A DNA stretch of 64,000 nt from Candidatus Thorarchaeota archaeon (GTDB taxonomy: Archaea; Asgardarchaeota; Thorarchaeia; Thorarchaeales; Thorarchaeaceae): assembly GCA_048882485.1 (NCBI GenBank), contig JBHLRP010000006.1, forward strand, positions 32,001-96,000. Reading direction: 5' to 3'. The notes under the pieces are model-generated. The model saw nothing but the letters and a program-made list of their open reading frames with translations. It did not search any database and was not told the origin of the DNA. How positions within the stretch are numbered: the first letter of the stretch is position 1; each line of letters starts with the position of its first letter. This document shows positions 9,277 to 19,107 of this stretch, in pieces. A program made the position numbers and the translations under genes.

Positions 9277-9924
9277 TTGGAGCGGCCTGGCGTGTCTTGG
9301 AAAGAGAAATTCATTCAACTTGTAGGAGCAGCAGATGGCAGAGTGGCTCCCGCATTTGGACCTCATCATGCAGCAGTTGCTTTGGTGATGATTGGACGTG
9401 AACAACCACTCGGCAGATATGAACTCTGTCAGAATCTTTCCGTGGGAGAGGGAAGTGCGCGCACTCTTTTGAAGCGTCTAACAGAATCTGGGTATATATC
9501 TCCAGAGGGAAAGCAGGGGCAGAGGTTGACTGATAGAGGACAGGAGTTGTTTGATGAAATCTCTAGGGAAGTTCCCATAGGCCTATTCCTTGATGCACCA
9601 GCTCTTGTCATGTATAAGAGTGCATACGCAAATCTCGTTAGAAAAAAAGGAGATGATGTGAAGGACGGGATCCGGCAAAGAGATGAAGCTATCATTCAAG
9701 GAGGAGGGTATGATAGTGCAGGAGCTACTACTCTGATTATGAGAAACGGCTCCATCGTCTTGCCACCAGATGACTTTCATACACTCATCGAATATGAGAG
9801 AGAGACCCTTCTCATTCTTGAGAGCTTAAGACCTGAAGAAAATGATGTCATTATCATTGGGTCAGCGGATGACCCCAATCTTGCACGCGAAGTTTCAATG
9901 GCGGCTGTTATGACGCTTTTCTGA
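9277..9924 (+). CDS. Winged-HTH protein, DUF4443/DUF2111-like
   Basis: PLGRYEL...L.VGEGSARTLLKRL HTH; GIRQRDEAI..G..GATT motif. Confidence 0.75.
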   Translation: MERPGVSWKEKFIQLVGAADGRVAPAFGPHHAAVALVMIGREQPLGRYELCQNLSVGEGSARTLLKRLTESGYISPEGKQGQRLTDRGQELFDEISREVPIGLFLDAPALVMYKSAYANLVRKKGDDVKDGIRQRDEAIIQGGGYDSAGATTLIMRNGSIVLPPDDFHTLIEYERETLLILESLRPEENDVIIIGSADDPNLAREVSMAAVMTLF

Positions 9925-9935
9925 GAGGAATCAAA

Positions 9936-10763
9936 ATGCAGATGGACTTGTTTGGGAATGTCCCCGAAGTTGTGATTGATGTCCACGAAACAGGCGGAAA
10001 ACGAACAAATGCCGTCAAACAGCTAATGAGTATGCTTGACAAGGAAGAGATTTCCTACACTGTGGAGAAGATACCTATTGGAGACGTTTTGGGACCTGAG
10101 GGCATTGCAATAGAGAGAAAGACAGTGTCTGATCTTGTCAACACCCTAAAAGGCAGTGCAGCTGGAGTGCCTCGATTCACAAAGCAAATGGATGCACTGC
10201 TAGAGTACGACAAGCCATATCTTCTGATTGAGAACATTCTGGCAATTCGACGTGACCCCTTAAAGGGCTGTGTGTACGTTCCATTCAAGACAAAGCAGAC
10301 AAAGGGTAGACCATATGTCGTCACAATGGAAAGGGCGAGCTACATTCACCCAAGTTCTCTGGATGCCCTAATTGAAAGCGTCAGGGAGAGAGGAATTCAG
10401 ATAATCTCTGGGTTTAATGCGTCACACTCAGCAGGACTGCTATTTGGCATAATCACAGAACAGACTGAGAGCGAGAAAGGAAAGGGAAAGAGACTTCCAG
10501 TAATCAGAACTCGAAAAGGACTAGACTCAGTTGAGGATGAACAGGAATTCTTCATCGCGGGATTCCCTGGAATCAATGTAGTTCGGGCACGAAGTCTGCT
10601 AGAGAAATTCGGTTCCCCCATTGAGGTGGTCACAAGAACCGACGAATGGACTAAACTGCCTGGAATAGGACCAAAGACAGTTGTATCTGCAAAGAAATTA
10701 CTCTACTCAGACTACGTACCCCCTAAGGACGATGATGAGGTAAAAGCAGAAGAAAAGGACTAG
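9936..10763 (+). CDS. ERCC4-domain structure-specific endonuclease (short XPF/Mus81 type) with HhH repeats
   Basis: VVIDVHE, GD..IERKT.SDL, YLLIEN nuclease motifs; FPGINVVRARSLL and LPGIGPKT HhH. Confidence 0.88.
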   Translation: MQMDLFGNVPEVVIDVHETGGKRTNAVKQLMSMLDKEEISYTVEKIPIGDVLGPEGIAIERKTVSDLVNTLKGSAAGVPRFTKQMDALLEYDKPYLLIENILAIRRDPLKGCVYVPFKTKQTKGRPYVVTMERASYIHPSSLDALIESVRERGIQIISGFNASHSAGLLFGIITEQTESEKGKGKRLPVIRTRKGLDSVEDEQEFFIAGFPGINVVRARSLLEKFGSPIEVVTRTDEWTKLPGIGPKTVVSAKKLLYSDYVPPKDDDEVKAEEKD

Positions 10764-10829
10764 CTCGTAAGTTTTAAAAAGTGAAACTATTCTATGGTGA
10801 TAGAATACCTAAGAGAAAGGTGTCATCTC

Positions 10830-11918
10830 ATGGGAGACGTTCGCATAGCGATTGCAGGACTTGGGAACTGTGCATCTGCATTGATCCAAGGAGTGCATTA
10901 TTACAAAGACGCAAAGGCCGAGGATGAAGTACCAGGCCTGATGCATGTTGATTTCGGAGGATACTTCCCCAAAGATCTGAAGTTCGTGGCTGCTTTTGAA
11001 GCAAATAGGAGAAAAATCGGAAAGGACATCGCAGACGCAATATGGGAAGAGCCAAACTGCTGTGTGCCTTTCTATCGTGATGTCCCAAAGACGGGTGTGA
11101 AAGTCCTGCCAGGACCGATATCGGATGGAGTAGCGCCACATATGAGAGAATCGTTCTTCGCCTATGACGAGAACGAGATGGAATCTGTCGATGTTGTTGA
11201 GGAGATTAGAAGGTCCAAAGCAGATATGTTAGTTTCATATCTTCCTGTCGGCAGTGCAGAAGCTGCGAGAATCTACGCAGATGCAGCGATTGAAGCGGAA
11301 GTCGGTTTTGTGAATGCATTTCCTGAATTCATCGTTTCTGATCCGAATAGCCCCCACGCTCAAGCCTTTGAAAAGAAAGGAATTCCTGCTGCAGGAGATG
11401 ATATAAAGAGTCAGCTTGGCGCCACTATTCTGCATCGTGTTCTAGCTCAACTCTTTGACAAGAGGGGTTTAATCCTCCAAAACACATACCAGCTAAACAT
11501 AGGCGGAAACACAGACTTTGAGAATATGCAGGTCGAGAACAGACTTCAATCCAAGAGAATCAGTAAGACCGAGGCTGTCACAAGTTGTGTTGAGTATGAA
11601 CTACCTACAAAGATTGGGCCCAGTGACTATGTCCCGTTCCTTGAGGACAACAAGGTATGTTACATCAGTATGCGCTCCAAGGCTTTTGGCGACCTGCCAA
11701 TAGACCTTGACCTGAAGCTTTCTGTGCAAGATTCACCAAACTCAGCAGGAGTAATAATCGATGTTGCCAGAGCTGTCAAGATAGCTCTGGATCGCGGAGT
11801 CGGCGGCGAACTCTCAAGCATCAGCTCCTATAGCTTCAAACATCCAAGATACCAGATAGATGATTTTGAAGCAAGAAAGCGCGTTGATGAGTTCATCGAA
11901 GGAAAGCGCGAGAGATAG
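10830..11918 (+). CDS. ino1: Myo-inositol-1-phosphate synthase
   Basis: IAGLGNCASALIQG, SYLPVGS, GDDIKSQLGAT, YQLNIGGNTDF, DSPNSAG. Confidence 0.96.
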   Translation: MGDVRIAIAGLGNCASALIQGVHYYKDAKAEDEVPGLMHVDFGGYFPKDLKFVAAFEANRRKIGKDIADAIWEEPNCCVPFYRDVPKTGVKVLPGPISDGVAPHMRESFFAYDENEMESVDVVEEIRRSKADMLVSYLPVGSAEAARIYADAAIEAEVGFVNAFPEFIVSDPNSPHAQAFEKKGIPAAGDDIKSQLGATILHRVLAQLFDKRGLILQNTYQLNIGGNTDFENMQVENRLQSKRISKTEAVTSCVEYELPTKIGPSDYVPFLEDNKVCYISMRSKAFGDLPIDLDLKLSVQDSPNSAGVIIDVARAVKIALDRGVGGELSSISSYSFKHPRYQIDDFEARKRVDEFIEGKRER

Positions 11919-11984
11919 AAACAGAGAGGATGGAATCCATCTGGTCCAGTTTTTATATACTGGATCAGATAGCTCTTCCAAGAA

Positions 11985-13127
11985 CTAGAGTTCAGTGAAG
12001 CTCTTGACAGTCTTCTCATCGAGCCTCTTTATCACTTCAACCAGAAGCTGGACGGCATTCTCGATATCTGATAAATCAAGCATTCCGTGATGAGAATGAA
12101 TATGTCTTGTTGGAATTCCGATGAACAGCGAAGGGGCACCCATTCCTGTGATGTGGATAATTCCGGCATCAGTGCCTCCAGACTTCAGAAATGCTGGTTG
12201 ATGTCTGATACCTTTCTCCTCTGCAATATTTAAAACGAACTGACGGAATTTCGGATTTGGAATCATTGATCCATCTCCGGCGGAAATTGCTACGCCTTTG
12301 CCCATCTTCTGAACGAGGCCCTTGACTCCAGGCACATCACCAGAAATATCGACATCAAGCGCAAATCCAATATCAGGTAGAAGCATCTGCGCAGCTGTTC
12401 TGGCTCCTCTCAGTCCAACCTCCTCTTGAGTCGTGGATACTGCATAGACAATGTTTGGATGCGAGATGTCCTCCTCAGAGAGTCTTCTTAGAACCTCCAG
12501 CGCTATAAAGACTCCAATCCGATCATCGAATGCTTTTGCCACCGCTAGAGTGACTTCTCTTCCTTCTTCCTCTGCATTTTTGTCGTCTTCGCTCTTCTTC
12601 TCTTTCCGCTTTCGTTCCATTGTCCTGAAAATGGAATTTGGTACACCGGGATCACCAACTCGAATTCCTAGTTCCTTCACCTCTTTGGCTGAGTTGCAAC
12701 CGATGTCAATGAACATCTTCTCCTTGGTTACCACCTTGGAACGTTCTTCAGGACCCAAAACATGGGGCGGAGGAGCTCCTATGACACCGATGACTTTCTT
12801 GTTTCCTTGGGAAGGTTTGATTATGACCTCTTGCGTTAGTAGAGTCTGATCCCACCATCCTCCCAGTTGATGAAAACGGAGAAATCCATTCTTATCAATC
12901 TCTGTTATCACAAAACCAATCTCGTCAACATGCCCGGCCAACATGATTTTTGGGCCTTTGTCCCCTCTGCGGAACACAACTGAACCCAATCTATCATAAA
13001 GAACCTCATCGGCGTACTTGGCCCCGTAATCCCTGGCGATCTTCTGTGCCTCATGTTCATGGCCACTTGGCCCGAATGAATTGCATAAGGCTTCTAGGAG
13101 TTTGACATCAAGATTTTTTCCTGCCAT
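11985..13127 (-). CDS. M42 family aminopeptidase (TET/FrvX-like)
   Basis: GPSGHE, AGHVDEIG, KAFDDRIG, QEEVGLRGA, GGTDAG, RHIHS. Confidence 0.94.
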   Translation of the reverse strand: MAGKNLDVKLLEALCNSFGPSGHEHEAQKIARDYGAKYADEVLYDRLGSVVFRRGDKGPKIMLAGHVDEIGFVITEIDKNGFLRFHQLGGWWDQTLLTQEVIIKPSQGNKKVIGVIGAPPPHVLGPEERSKVVTKEKMFIDIGCNSAKEVKELGIRVGDPGVPNSIFRTMERKRKEKKSEDDKNAEEEGREVTLAVAKAFDDRIGVFIALEVLRRLSEEDISHPNIVYAVSTTQEEVGLRGARTAAQMLLPDIGFALDVDISGDVPGVKGLVQKMGKGVAISAGDGSMIPNPKFRQFVLNIAEEKGIRHQPAFLKSGGTDAGIIHITGMGAPSLFIGIPTRHIHSHHGMLDLSDIENAVQLLVEVIKRLDEKTVKSFTEL

Positions 13128-13223
13128 TGAACTCACTTCAGAATAGTTTCTGTAGAATGGAACTCTCGGGATTTGCAAATGGGTATAGTAGTTTCGGTCC
13201 ATGCACGAGAGGCGATAGACCTG

Positions 13224-13760
13224 CTAAATACTCGATTTAGCGAGCAGACTGAATGCTTCTTCCACGTTTTGGCCAGTCAATGCGCTGGTTTCTAGATAGG
13301 CAACCAGATTGTGTTCTTCAGCAAATTGCTTGCCCATCTCAGTTGTGATTATGCGTTCGTTTGCAAGATCAACCTTGTTGGCAAGGAGGATTATTGGAAT
13401 CCGTTCACCCAATGCATTTTCCGTTTCCTCAATCCATTTGGGAAGCTCAATGTAAGTACTCTTTCTTGTTGTGTCAAAAACAAGCAGGGCTCCTTTCGAC
13501 CCCCTATAGTAGCTTCCACGTATGAAATCGAATCGCTGCTGTCCAGCCAAGTCCCAAACCAAAAGTTTGACAACAACAGAGTTGCCGTTGTTATCTGGAA
13601 CAGCCACAGTCTTCACTGCAAACTGCGAACCAATGGTTACGATATACTGCTCGGAGAATTTCTGCGTAAGGAAACGATTTACGAGTGCGGTCTTGCCACT
13701 GCCACCAGCTCCAATCATGACAACCTTACGCATGAAATCAAATTCCGCAGCTTTCGCCAA
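13224..13760 (-). CDS. Rab-like small GTPase
   Basis: GAGGSGKT, TIGSQF, WDLAGQQRF..IR.SYYRGSKGALLVFD, NKVD, ETSAL. Confidence 0.93.
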   Translation of the reverse strand: MAKAAEFDFMRKVVMIGAGGSGKTALVNRFLTQKFSEQYIVTIGSQFAVKTVAVPDNNGNSVVVKLLVWDLAGQQRFDFIRGSYYRGSKGALLVFDTTRKSTYIELPKWIEETENALGERIPIILLANKVDLANERIITTEMGKQFAEEHNLVAYLETSALTGQNVEEAFSLLAKSSI

Positions 13761-13992
13761 GTTGGTCCCTCGTGAGATCGATTATAGTAGTGCATATCTC
13801 AACAGTGCACAATGCTTGAATCAATGAGAGCTGGGCTTTGACCATATTTAGCCTTTTATGGCATTTAATGGAGCAGCAAACCCATTCTCACATCAAAATA
13901 GGTTGGCGCCCTATTCATTGTTTCTAGTCTTAGTCTGGAAGAGATTATAACGGGTATTACCGGGGTGGTACCTGTCGGGAGGACAACGCAGC

Positions 13993-14178
13993 ATGCGGCT
14001 AATCACTGTTAAGATGAGTGAGATTTATGCGGATGGCTTGGACAAGCTGGTCGAGATTGGTATGTATCCCTCCAGGAGCGAGGCAATCAGAGTTGCAATC
14101 CGAGACCTATTGCGTCGCGAGCTGTGGCCAAGAGATGGAGGACCCCTCTTGATGGACGATGAAACCGTGTCAGGATGA
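13993..14178 (+). CDS. CopG/ribbon-helix-helix transcriptional regulator
   Basis: ITVKM...LDKLVEIGMYPSRSEAIRVAIRDLL. Confidence 0.9.
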   Translation: MRLITVKMSEIYADGLDKLVEIGMYPSRSEAIRVAIRDLLRRELWPRDGGPLLMDDETVSG

Positions 14179-14215
14179 GTTCTATTCCCCCCCAAAACAC
14201 AAATTAGTATAAATC

Positions 14216-14231
14216 TGTGAATCAAATCACA
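14216..14231. promoter_or_regulatory. Inverted repeat TGTGA-N6-TCACA just downstream of a TATA box, candidate operator
   Basis: TGTGAATCAAATCACA follows AGTATAAA (14206-14213) and precedes the ABC permease start at 14261. Confidence 0.4.
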
Positions 14232-14260
14232 CAGGGCGTACAATCGGAGGTTTCACGCCA

Positions 14261-14782
14261 TTGAATCTCAGAGTTCTTTTCAAGAGTATAAAATTCGCTT
14301 TCCGCGCCAAGAGACGTGTGTTTACTTTCATTGTAATCTATGCGTTTCTTATTGTAATGGTGTCACGCGGACTGGCCTCAGGAGTAGATCAACTCCTTTG
14401 GCTCTTTGCCGCATTTGTGTTGGCAACATTATATGCAGTCCTGATTGCACAGTCTAGGGCGAAGGATATCGCGATTCTCAAATGTGTTTCATGGAACAAC
14501 AACGACATATTCCTAATCATGGTTGGAGAAGTGGTTCTTGTATCACTCTCGGCATTTCTATTGGTGTTTCAAATAAGTGTCGAACTGCTGGGTTTAGTGG
14601 CTTACTTCGAGCCATTGTTTGACACAGGCTTTCTCGATGGTCTGCAAGCGTTGCTCGCAGTTCCCCTTGGGGACCTCATGGTTACTCTATTTGTAATTGT
14701 GGTATTGCAGCTACCAGGCCTATATATGGCGCAACGTAGAGCCATGATGATTGCACCAATGAGAGCACTGAGGGAGGAATGA
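14261..14782 (+). CDS. FtsX/MacB-type ABC permease (short, no large extracellular domain)
   Basis: SRAKDIAILKCVSW motif, 4 TM helices, C-terminal APMRALREE. Confidence 0.82.
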   Translation: MNLRVLFKSIKFAFRAKRRVFTFIVIYAFLIVMVSRGLASGVDQLLWLFAAFVLATLYAVLIAQSRAKDIAILKCVSWNNNDIFLIMVGEVVLVSLSAFLLVFQISVELLGLVAYFEPLFDTGFLDGLQALLAVPLGDLMVTLFVIVVLQLPGLYMAQRRAMMIAPMRALREE

Positions 14783-15462
14783 AAATGGCAAATGCAATAA
14801 TCCAACTCGAAGATGTAAACAAGGAGTTCGGCAAGGGAAAAAACACTGTTGCTGCACTAAAGGACATCAATCTTGAGATCCAACAAGGTGAATTCATAGC
14901 TGTTGTCGGACCGTCAGGCTGCGGAAAATCAACGTTGCTTCATGTTATGGCAGGTCTTGAACAACCGACAACAGGAAGAGTTCTTCTAGATGCTGTTGAT
15001 GTCACTCTAATTAGTGAGAGGGATCTCCCTAAGGTGAGGGCTCAAAAGATAGGGTTCGTCTTTCAGGCCTTCCTTCTCATCGAGGATCTCACCGCATATG
15101 AGAATGTTGAATCAGTCCTCTGGCCAAATGAAGAGCTGACAAAAGAAACCCAAGAAAAGATGGCCCTGGAAGTTCTCCGAGATGTTGACATGCTCGAGAG
15201 AAGGGATCACTTTCCGCGTCAGATGAGCGGCGGCGAACAACAGCGTGTGGCAATTGCGAGGGCTCTAGTGAACAGGCCTCCAATTCTCTTCTGTGATGAA
15301 CCCACCGGAAATCTAGACAGCAAGATAGGCGACAGCATCATGAAGGATATCGCGAATCTTGCCAGAGAAAAGCACATGACCGTCGTATTGGTCACACATA
15401 ATGAGGACCTGACCAAGTACGCTAAACGCGTTCTTCGGATGAAGGATGGAGCTATAAGATAG
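14779..15462 (+). CDS. LolD/MacB-type ABC ATPase
   Basis: GPSGCGKST, MSGGEQQRVAIARAL, DEPTGNLD, VTH. Confidence 0.95.
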   Translation: MKMANAIIQLEDVNKEFGKGKNTVAALKDINLEIQQGEFIAVVGPSGCGKSTLLHVMAGLEQPTTGRVLLDAVDVTLISERDLPKVRAQKIGFVFQAFLLIEDLTAYENVESVLWPNEELTKETQEKMALEVLRDVDMLERRDHFPRQMSGGEQQRVAIARALVNRPPILFCDEPTGNLDSKIGDSIMKDIANLAREKHMTVVLVTHNEDLTKYAKRVLRMKDGAIR

Positions 15463-15555
15463 TCTATGCAGATTGAGTTGCCTCGACCTGGCTGAACCAA
15501 AGCTTAAGATGGATAATCAGCCAGGTCTGCACATCTTTTTGGAGCGTAGACCAAA

Positions 15556-16386
15556 ATGCAAAAGGCCGACTGCAGCAAACAAGAGGAACTCGCCGAAGAG
15601 AAAGCTGCAGAAGGTTTCAATGAGTACTCGATGGAGCTCTTTGCATCAGCTGCAGAGTGTTGGAGACGTTGGGAGTTTTTTGCTAGAGCTGCCAATTGCT
15701 TCGAACGTGCCTACGAGCACGCAATGTTAGCTCATAAGTATTCAAGAGCAGCTAATGTAATGATTGAAGGAGGGTACTCATGGATCAAAGAGGGACAGCA
15801 TGAGAAGTTTGAGATTGACTGTCAAATAGCATCAGAAGCATACATCTTAGCCGCTGAGAATGAAAAGGATCCATCCTATTTTGTGGAAGGGTCCTTGTGC
15901 GCTATTACTGGCGGTGATATTGAGCTAGCAAAGCAGCTTATACATGCAGCCGCTGAAACTACGAAAGGCCAGATTAGAGAGCTGATTATCTTCGCACTGA
16001 TGTTGAGCGAATATCACTTCGGAGATGCAGACCTCTATATCGAAGAAGTTCTCCAAACAGCGGTTGATAGGAAAACTTTCCGCAAGGCGCATCAATACCT
16101 CTACTTGATTCTTACTGGTTTCATTCGCACATCATTGGAATCAGAAGCAGCTGTTACAATGACAAGTCTGGTTGAAAGCACTGGCATGAAAGAGGCAAAA
16201 CTAGCAAAATTGGTGAGAAAGGGCATTCAGGAAGGACTGATTCCTGCATACTATGATGCCGACTCGAGGGAGCTTGTTGTAGATACTGATAGATACGATG
16301 TTTCTGCACTCGCGAAAAGAAAAGGCCCAATTATGAGCCGGGACCTCGATGATCCTGGTGCATGGGACCTTGATTTGGGGGAGTGA
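15556..16386 (+). CDS. Alpha-solenoid (TPR/SNAP-like) protein with C-terminal PCI-like winged helix
   Basis: AAECW..AANCFERA repeats; C-terminal LAKLVRKGIQEGLIPAYYDADSRELVV resembles a PCI domain end. Confidence 0.6.
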   Translation: MQKADCSKQEELAEEKAAEGFNEYSMELFASAAECWRRWEFFARAANCFERAYEHAMLAHKYSRAANVMIEGGYSWIKEGQHEKFEIDCQIASEAYILAAENEKDPSYFVEGSLCAITGGDIELAKQLIHAAAETTKGQIRELIIFALMLSEYHFGDADLYIEEVLQTAVDRKTFRKAHQYLYLILTGFIRTSLESEAAVTMTSLVESTGMKEAKLAKLVRKGIQEGLIPAYYDADSRELVVDTDRYDVSALAKRKGPIMSRDLDDPGAWDLDLGE

Positions 16387-16536
16387 GTGCTACTGCAACA
16401 TCCGATTAACATTGATATTCGAATCATAGCATGATTGAAGTTGCATTCGCTGGCTTCACTAGCTGAAGGAGCAGCAAACGTTTTTAGTACGATTGCAGAT
16501 TCTCAATCGCCGGCTCCTATTGCAAAGGTGGTTTAG

Positions 16537-16758
16537 ATGGCTGAAGGCCTAAAGTGGTTGCAGTGCCCTGTCTGTAAGAAGACGATTTCTTGGAAAGTTC
16601 CAGACCAGGCACTCAAGAAAGTTACACGCTTTCCTGTGGCTATAGTCGTCAAACACGATGACCACAATCTGGTCTGTTATGTTGATAGTCATCTGCAACT
16701 CGCAGACACCGAGGTTGCAGCCGCCTATGTAGAAGGCAAATCAAAAGATGAGGATTGA
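16537..16758 (+). CDS. Small hypothetical protein with CxxC
   Basis: 73-aa ORF with GGTGG RBS and upstream TATA-like tract; CPVC and HDDH. Confidence 0.7.
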   Translation: MAEGLKWLQCPVCKKTISWKVPDQALKKVTRFPVAIVVKHDDHNLVCYVDSHLQLADTEVAAAYVEGKSKDED

Positions 16759-16775
16759 CTGTCCAAACCTGCTTT

Positions 16776-17339
16776 TCACTCCAGATCATTGTCCATAGCC
16801 CATTCAAGCACTCTCGATGCTTGCGCGCTGGCCATGCCCCAATTCATAAGTTTGTCAATCAAGCTGCGGATGCCAGACACCCAATCAGAGAGAACATCCT
16901 CAATCCTTCCTCTCAGGCCTGGCTCATGGACCTCTTTAAGAAATGGCAGTAGCTTATCGACCCAAGTCTGAGATAGGACCAATAGAGTTTCGAGTCTTGC
17001 AATCCACTCTTGTCGGGGCAAGCCACTAAGAGTCTGAGCAACAGCAAGATGATAGTCATACTGGGCGGTAATATACCTCAGGCGCCAGCTAATGACCTCA
17101 ATCAGAAGTGTGCGATAGTCGTTATTCGGTGCGGTTCTGACCAGAAGAGTAAGGAAACGTTCGGACATCTCGTCTGCAGACTGACTCGCTTCATAGTACA
17201 ATGCCATTGCCTGCTGATGCTGCTCATTAGCCAGAAGCTCATCGGCTTCACTCACGGCGCTCTTGAAACGGTCAAGCAGCTCGCGAGTAGTGTTGTCTGA
17301 GGAGGCTTCTGCATCATTTTGGTTCAGGTTCACTGGCAT
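16776..17339 (-). CDS. Hypothetical all-helical protein (MIT-like N-terminus possible)
   Basis: 187-aa ORF, amphipathic helices, AVSEADELL...QQAMALYYEA. Confidence 0.65.
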   Translation of the reverse strand: MPVNLNQNDAEASSDNTTRELLDRFKSAVSEADELLANEQHQQAMALYYEASQSADEMSERFLTLLVRTAPNNDYRTLLIEVISWRLRYITAQYDYHLAVAQTLSGLPRQEWIARLETLLVLSQTWVDKLLPFLKEVHEPGLRGRIEDVLSDWVSGIRSLIDKLMNWGMASAQASRVLEWAMDNDLE

Positions 17340-17503
17340 TCACCGTAGCTTAGTGGGTTTCTTACAGGACAAATAGACAGCCTGGATGACGGTTGCATCA
17401 TCGATGAAGTCCACACATCAATGTGGTCTCCCTGCGACAATTTTGTCCATTGGTTCCTCGCATGATTCGCAATTCTTCATGCCTTAGATGCCCTAAAAGA
17501 TGT

Positions 17504-18511
17504 CTATGATGTCCTCCCCATATCTAGAGCGGTGTCATTTAGCGGTGGAAGGTTATTCTTCTTGTAATCATCGGTAGATTCAGTCCAATGGATGAAATCA
17601 GATGATGGTGGATACTCAGAGTAAAGAAACGCCCTCATTGATTCCAGACACCGATTCTCAATTTCAAGCGACTCGGCAACACTTACAATTCGGTTGCCTG
17701 CGCTTTCTGCTGCCGCCCTGATGGGACGCAGCCAATCGAGCCACTCCGTTGATCTCATGAGATGATGGTCAACTACAACCAGTGGAAGCTCTGTGGCAAG
17801 TCTTGTCAGTGATAGAGATGCAGATTGTCTGTGATGCTCCTCGAATCTTCTCAAATAAATCGGAGGGCCACCAACCAGCAGTATGTCGGGAGAGGTTGAT
17901 ATGATATACTCCAAATCATCTTGAACTGTAGGACCTTGAAGGTCAGGGGCAAACAGCACAGAATGACCTTCATGCTCTATTGAAGTTGCGACTACGTATC
18001 CTAATTTCGTATTAGAGGGGCCATGTGATAGTGGCTTTGAACAGACGACTTTTGTTGCTCCGAATTCGAAAGTTTCACCATCACTCCAATGTATCTTCTC
18101 TGTAATTGGTTGAACATCCTTTTCGAAGTAGAATCCTCTGCGTCGCTGAGAGGGATTGATATTGTCTCTATTGTCCTTTGCAAGAATCACCTTTCCATCA
18201 AACAGCCTTTGGAGTTCCTCACGCGAACTTAAGTTGTAGCGGAAATCTGTAAATCCCGGACTAACATGGTCATAATGATAGTGAGATACTGAGAGAACAT
18301 CAGCCTTCCTTGACTCCACAAAGATTCTTTCGAGGCTCTTAATGAGTGTTTGATACTCAATTGGATGCGGCTCGAAACGCTCTCGCATTGCCAGGGCGGC
18401 AGAAGGATCAAGCACCATGTGTATATCGGGAGTCTTCACTAATGTGCAAAATGATCGCACTCCTAGACTTTCTGCGGCTAGGGGCACTACTTCTATTTCT
18501 CCAGTTTGCAC
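17504..18511 (-). CDS. UPF0282 family MBL-fold metallohydrolase
   Basis: PLAAESLGVRS, SHYHYDH, INPSQRRR, SHGP, DLQGP, GGPP.Y, DHHLMR. Confidence 0.88.
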   Translation of the reverse strand: MQTGEIEVVPLAAESLGVRSFCTLVKTPDIHMVLDPSAALAMRERFEPHPIEYQTLIKSLERIFVESRKADVLSVSHYHYDHVSPGFTDFRYNLSSREELQRLFDGKVILAKDNRDNINPSQRRRGFYFEKDVQPITEKIHWSDGETFEFGATKVVCSKPLSHGPSNTKLGYVVATSIEHEGHSVLFAPDLQGPTVQDDLEYIISTSPDILLVGGPPIYLRRFEEHHRQSASLSLTRLATELPLVVVDHHLMRSTEWLDWLRPIRAAAESAGNRIVSVAESLEIENRCLESMRAFLYSEYPPSSDFIHWTESTDDYKKNNLPPLNDTALDMGRTS

Positions 18512-18993
18512 TATACAGCCTTCCTATAGTAGTTGAGTTTGTATACTCTCTGATCATGTTCCAGCTCAGCTTCGTATACTTGAGCAGCGCTATTTACCGT
18601 CCTAAAACAGTCAAACATGAACCGATCAGAGGGTAGGAATTCGGATTGACGCGCATTGATCTCATCCAAAGTAAAGAGTGCCAGTTCACCTTCTCTATGC
18701 GATTCGTTGTAGTCGCTAATCTCTCCATGACCAACGAATATCAAAAAGTGATTCACAAGTTCTCCATCTCTTTGGACCAATCTTTCCGAAACAATCCCTC
18801 TGTACTCATAGTTAGTGAGAGAGGCCGCACCAGTTTCTTCTAGAACCTCTCGTTTTGCTGCTTCAAGTATATGCTCTCCAATCCCTACCTTGCCGCCCAC
18901 CAAGCTCCATAGGTTCTCGTATGGATAATTAGTGCGCTTCAAGAAGAGATACTGCCCTTTGCATCGGAGAATGCTAATCACTATTGGGATCAT
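18511..18993 (-). CDS. NUDIX hydrolase
   Basis: GGKVGIGEHILEAAKREVLEETG Nudix box. Confidence 0.9.
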   Translation of the reverse strand: MIPIVISILRCKGQYLFLKRTNYPYENLWSLVGGKVGIGEHILEAAKREVLEETGAASLTNYEYRGIVSERLVQRDGELVNHFLIFVGHGEISDYNESHREGELALFTLDEINARQSEFLPSDRFMFDCFRTVNSAAQVYEAELEHDQRVYKLNYYRKAV

Positions 18994-19107
18994 GGAAGCC
19001 ACTGGGAACTCCTCACACTGGGTTGTTTGGACAGCAGTTATTTCAACGAGCTCGGCTTTAAACCTAGGGGGTGATGAGGCGAACATTCAAAGCACCCGCT
19101 ACCTCTT

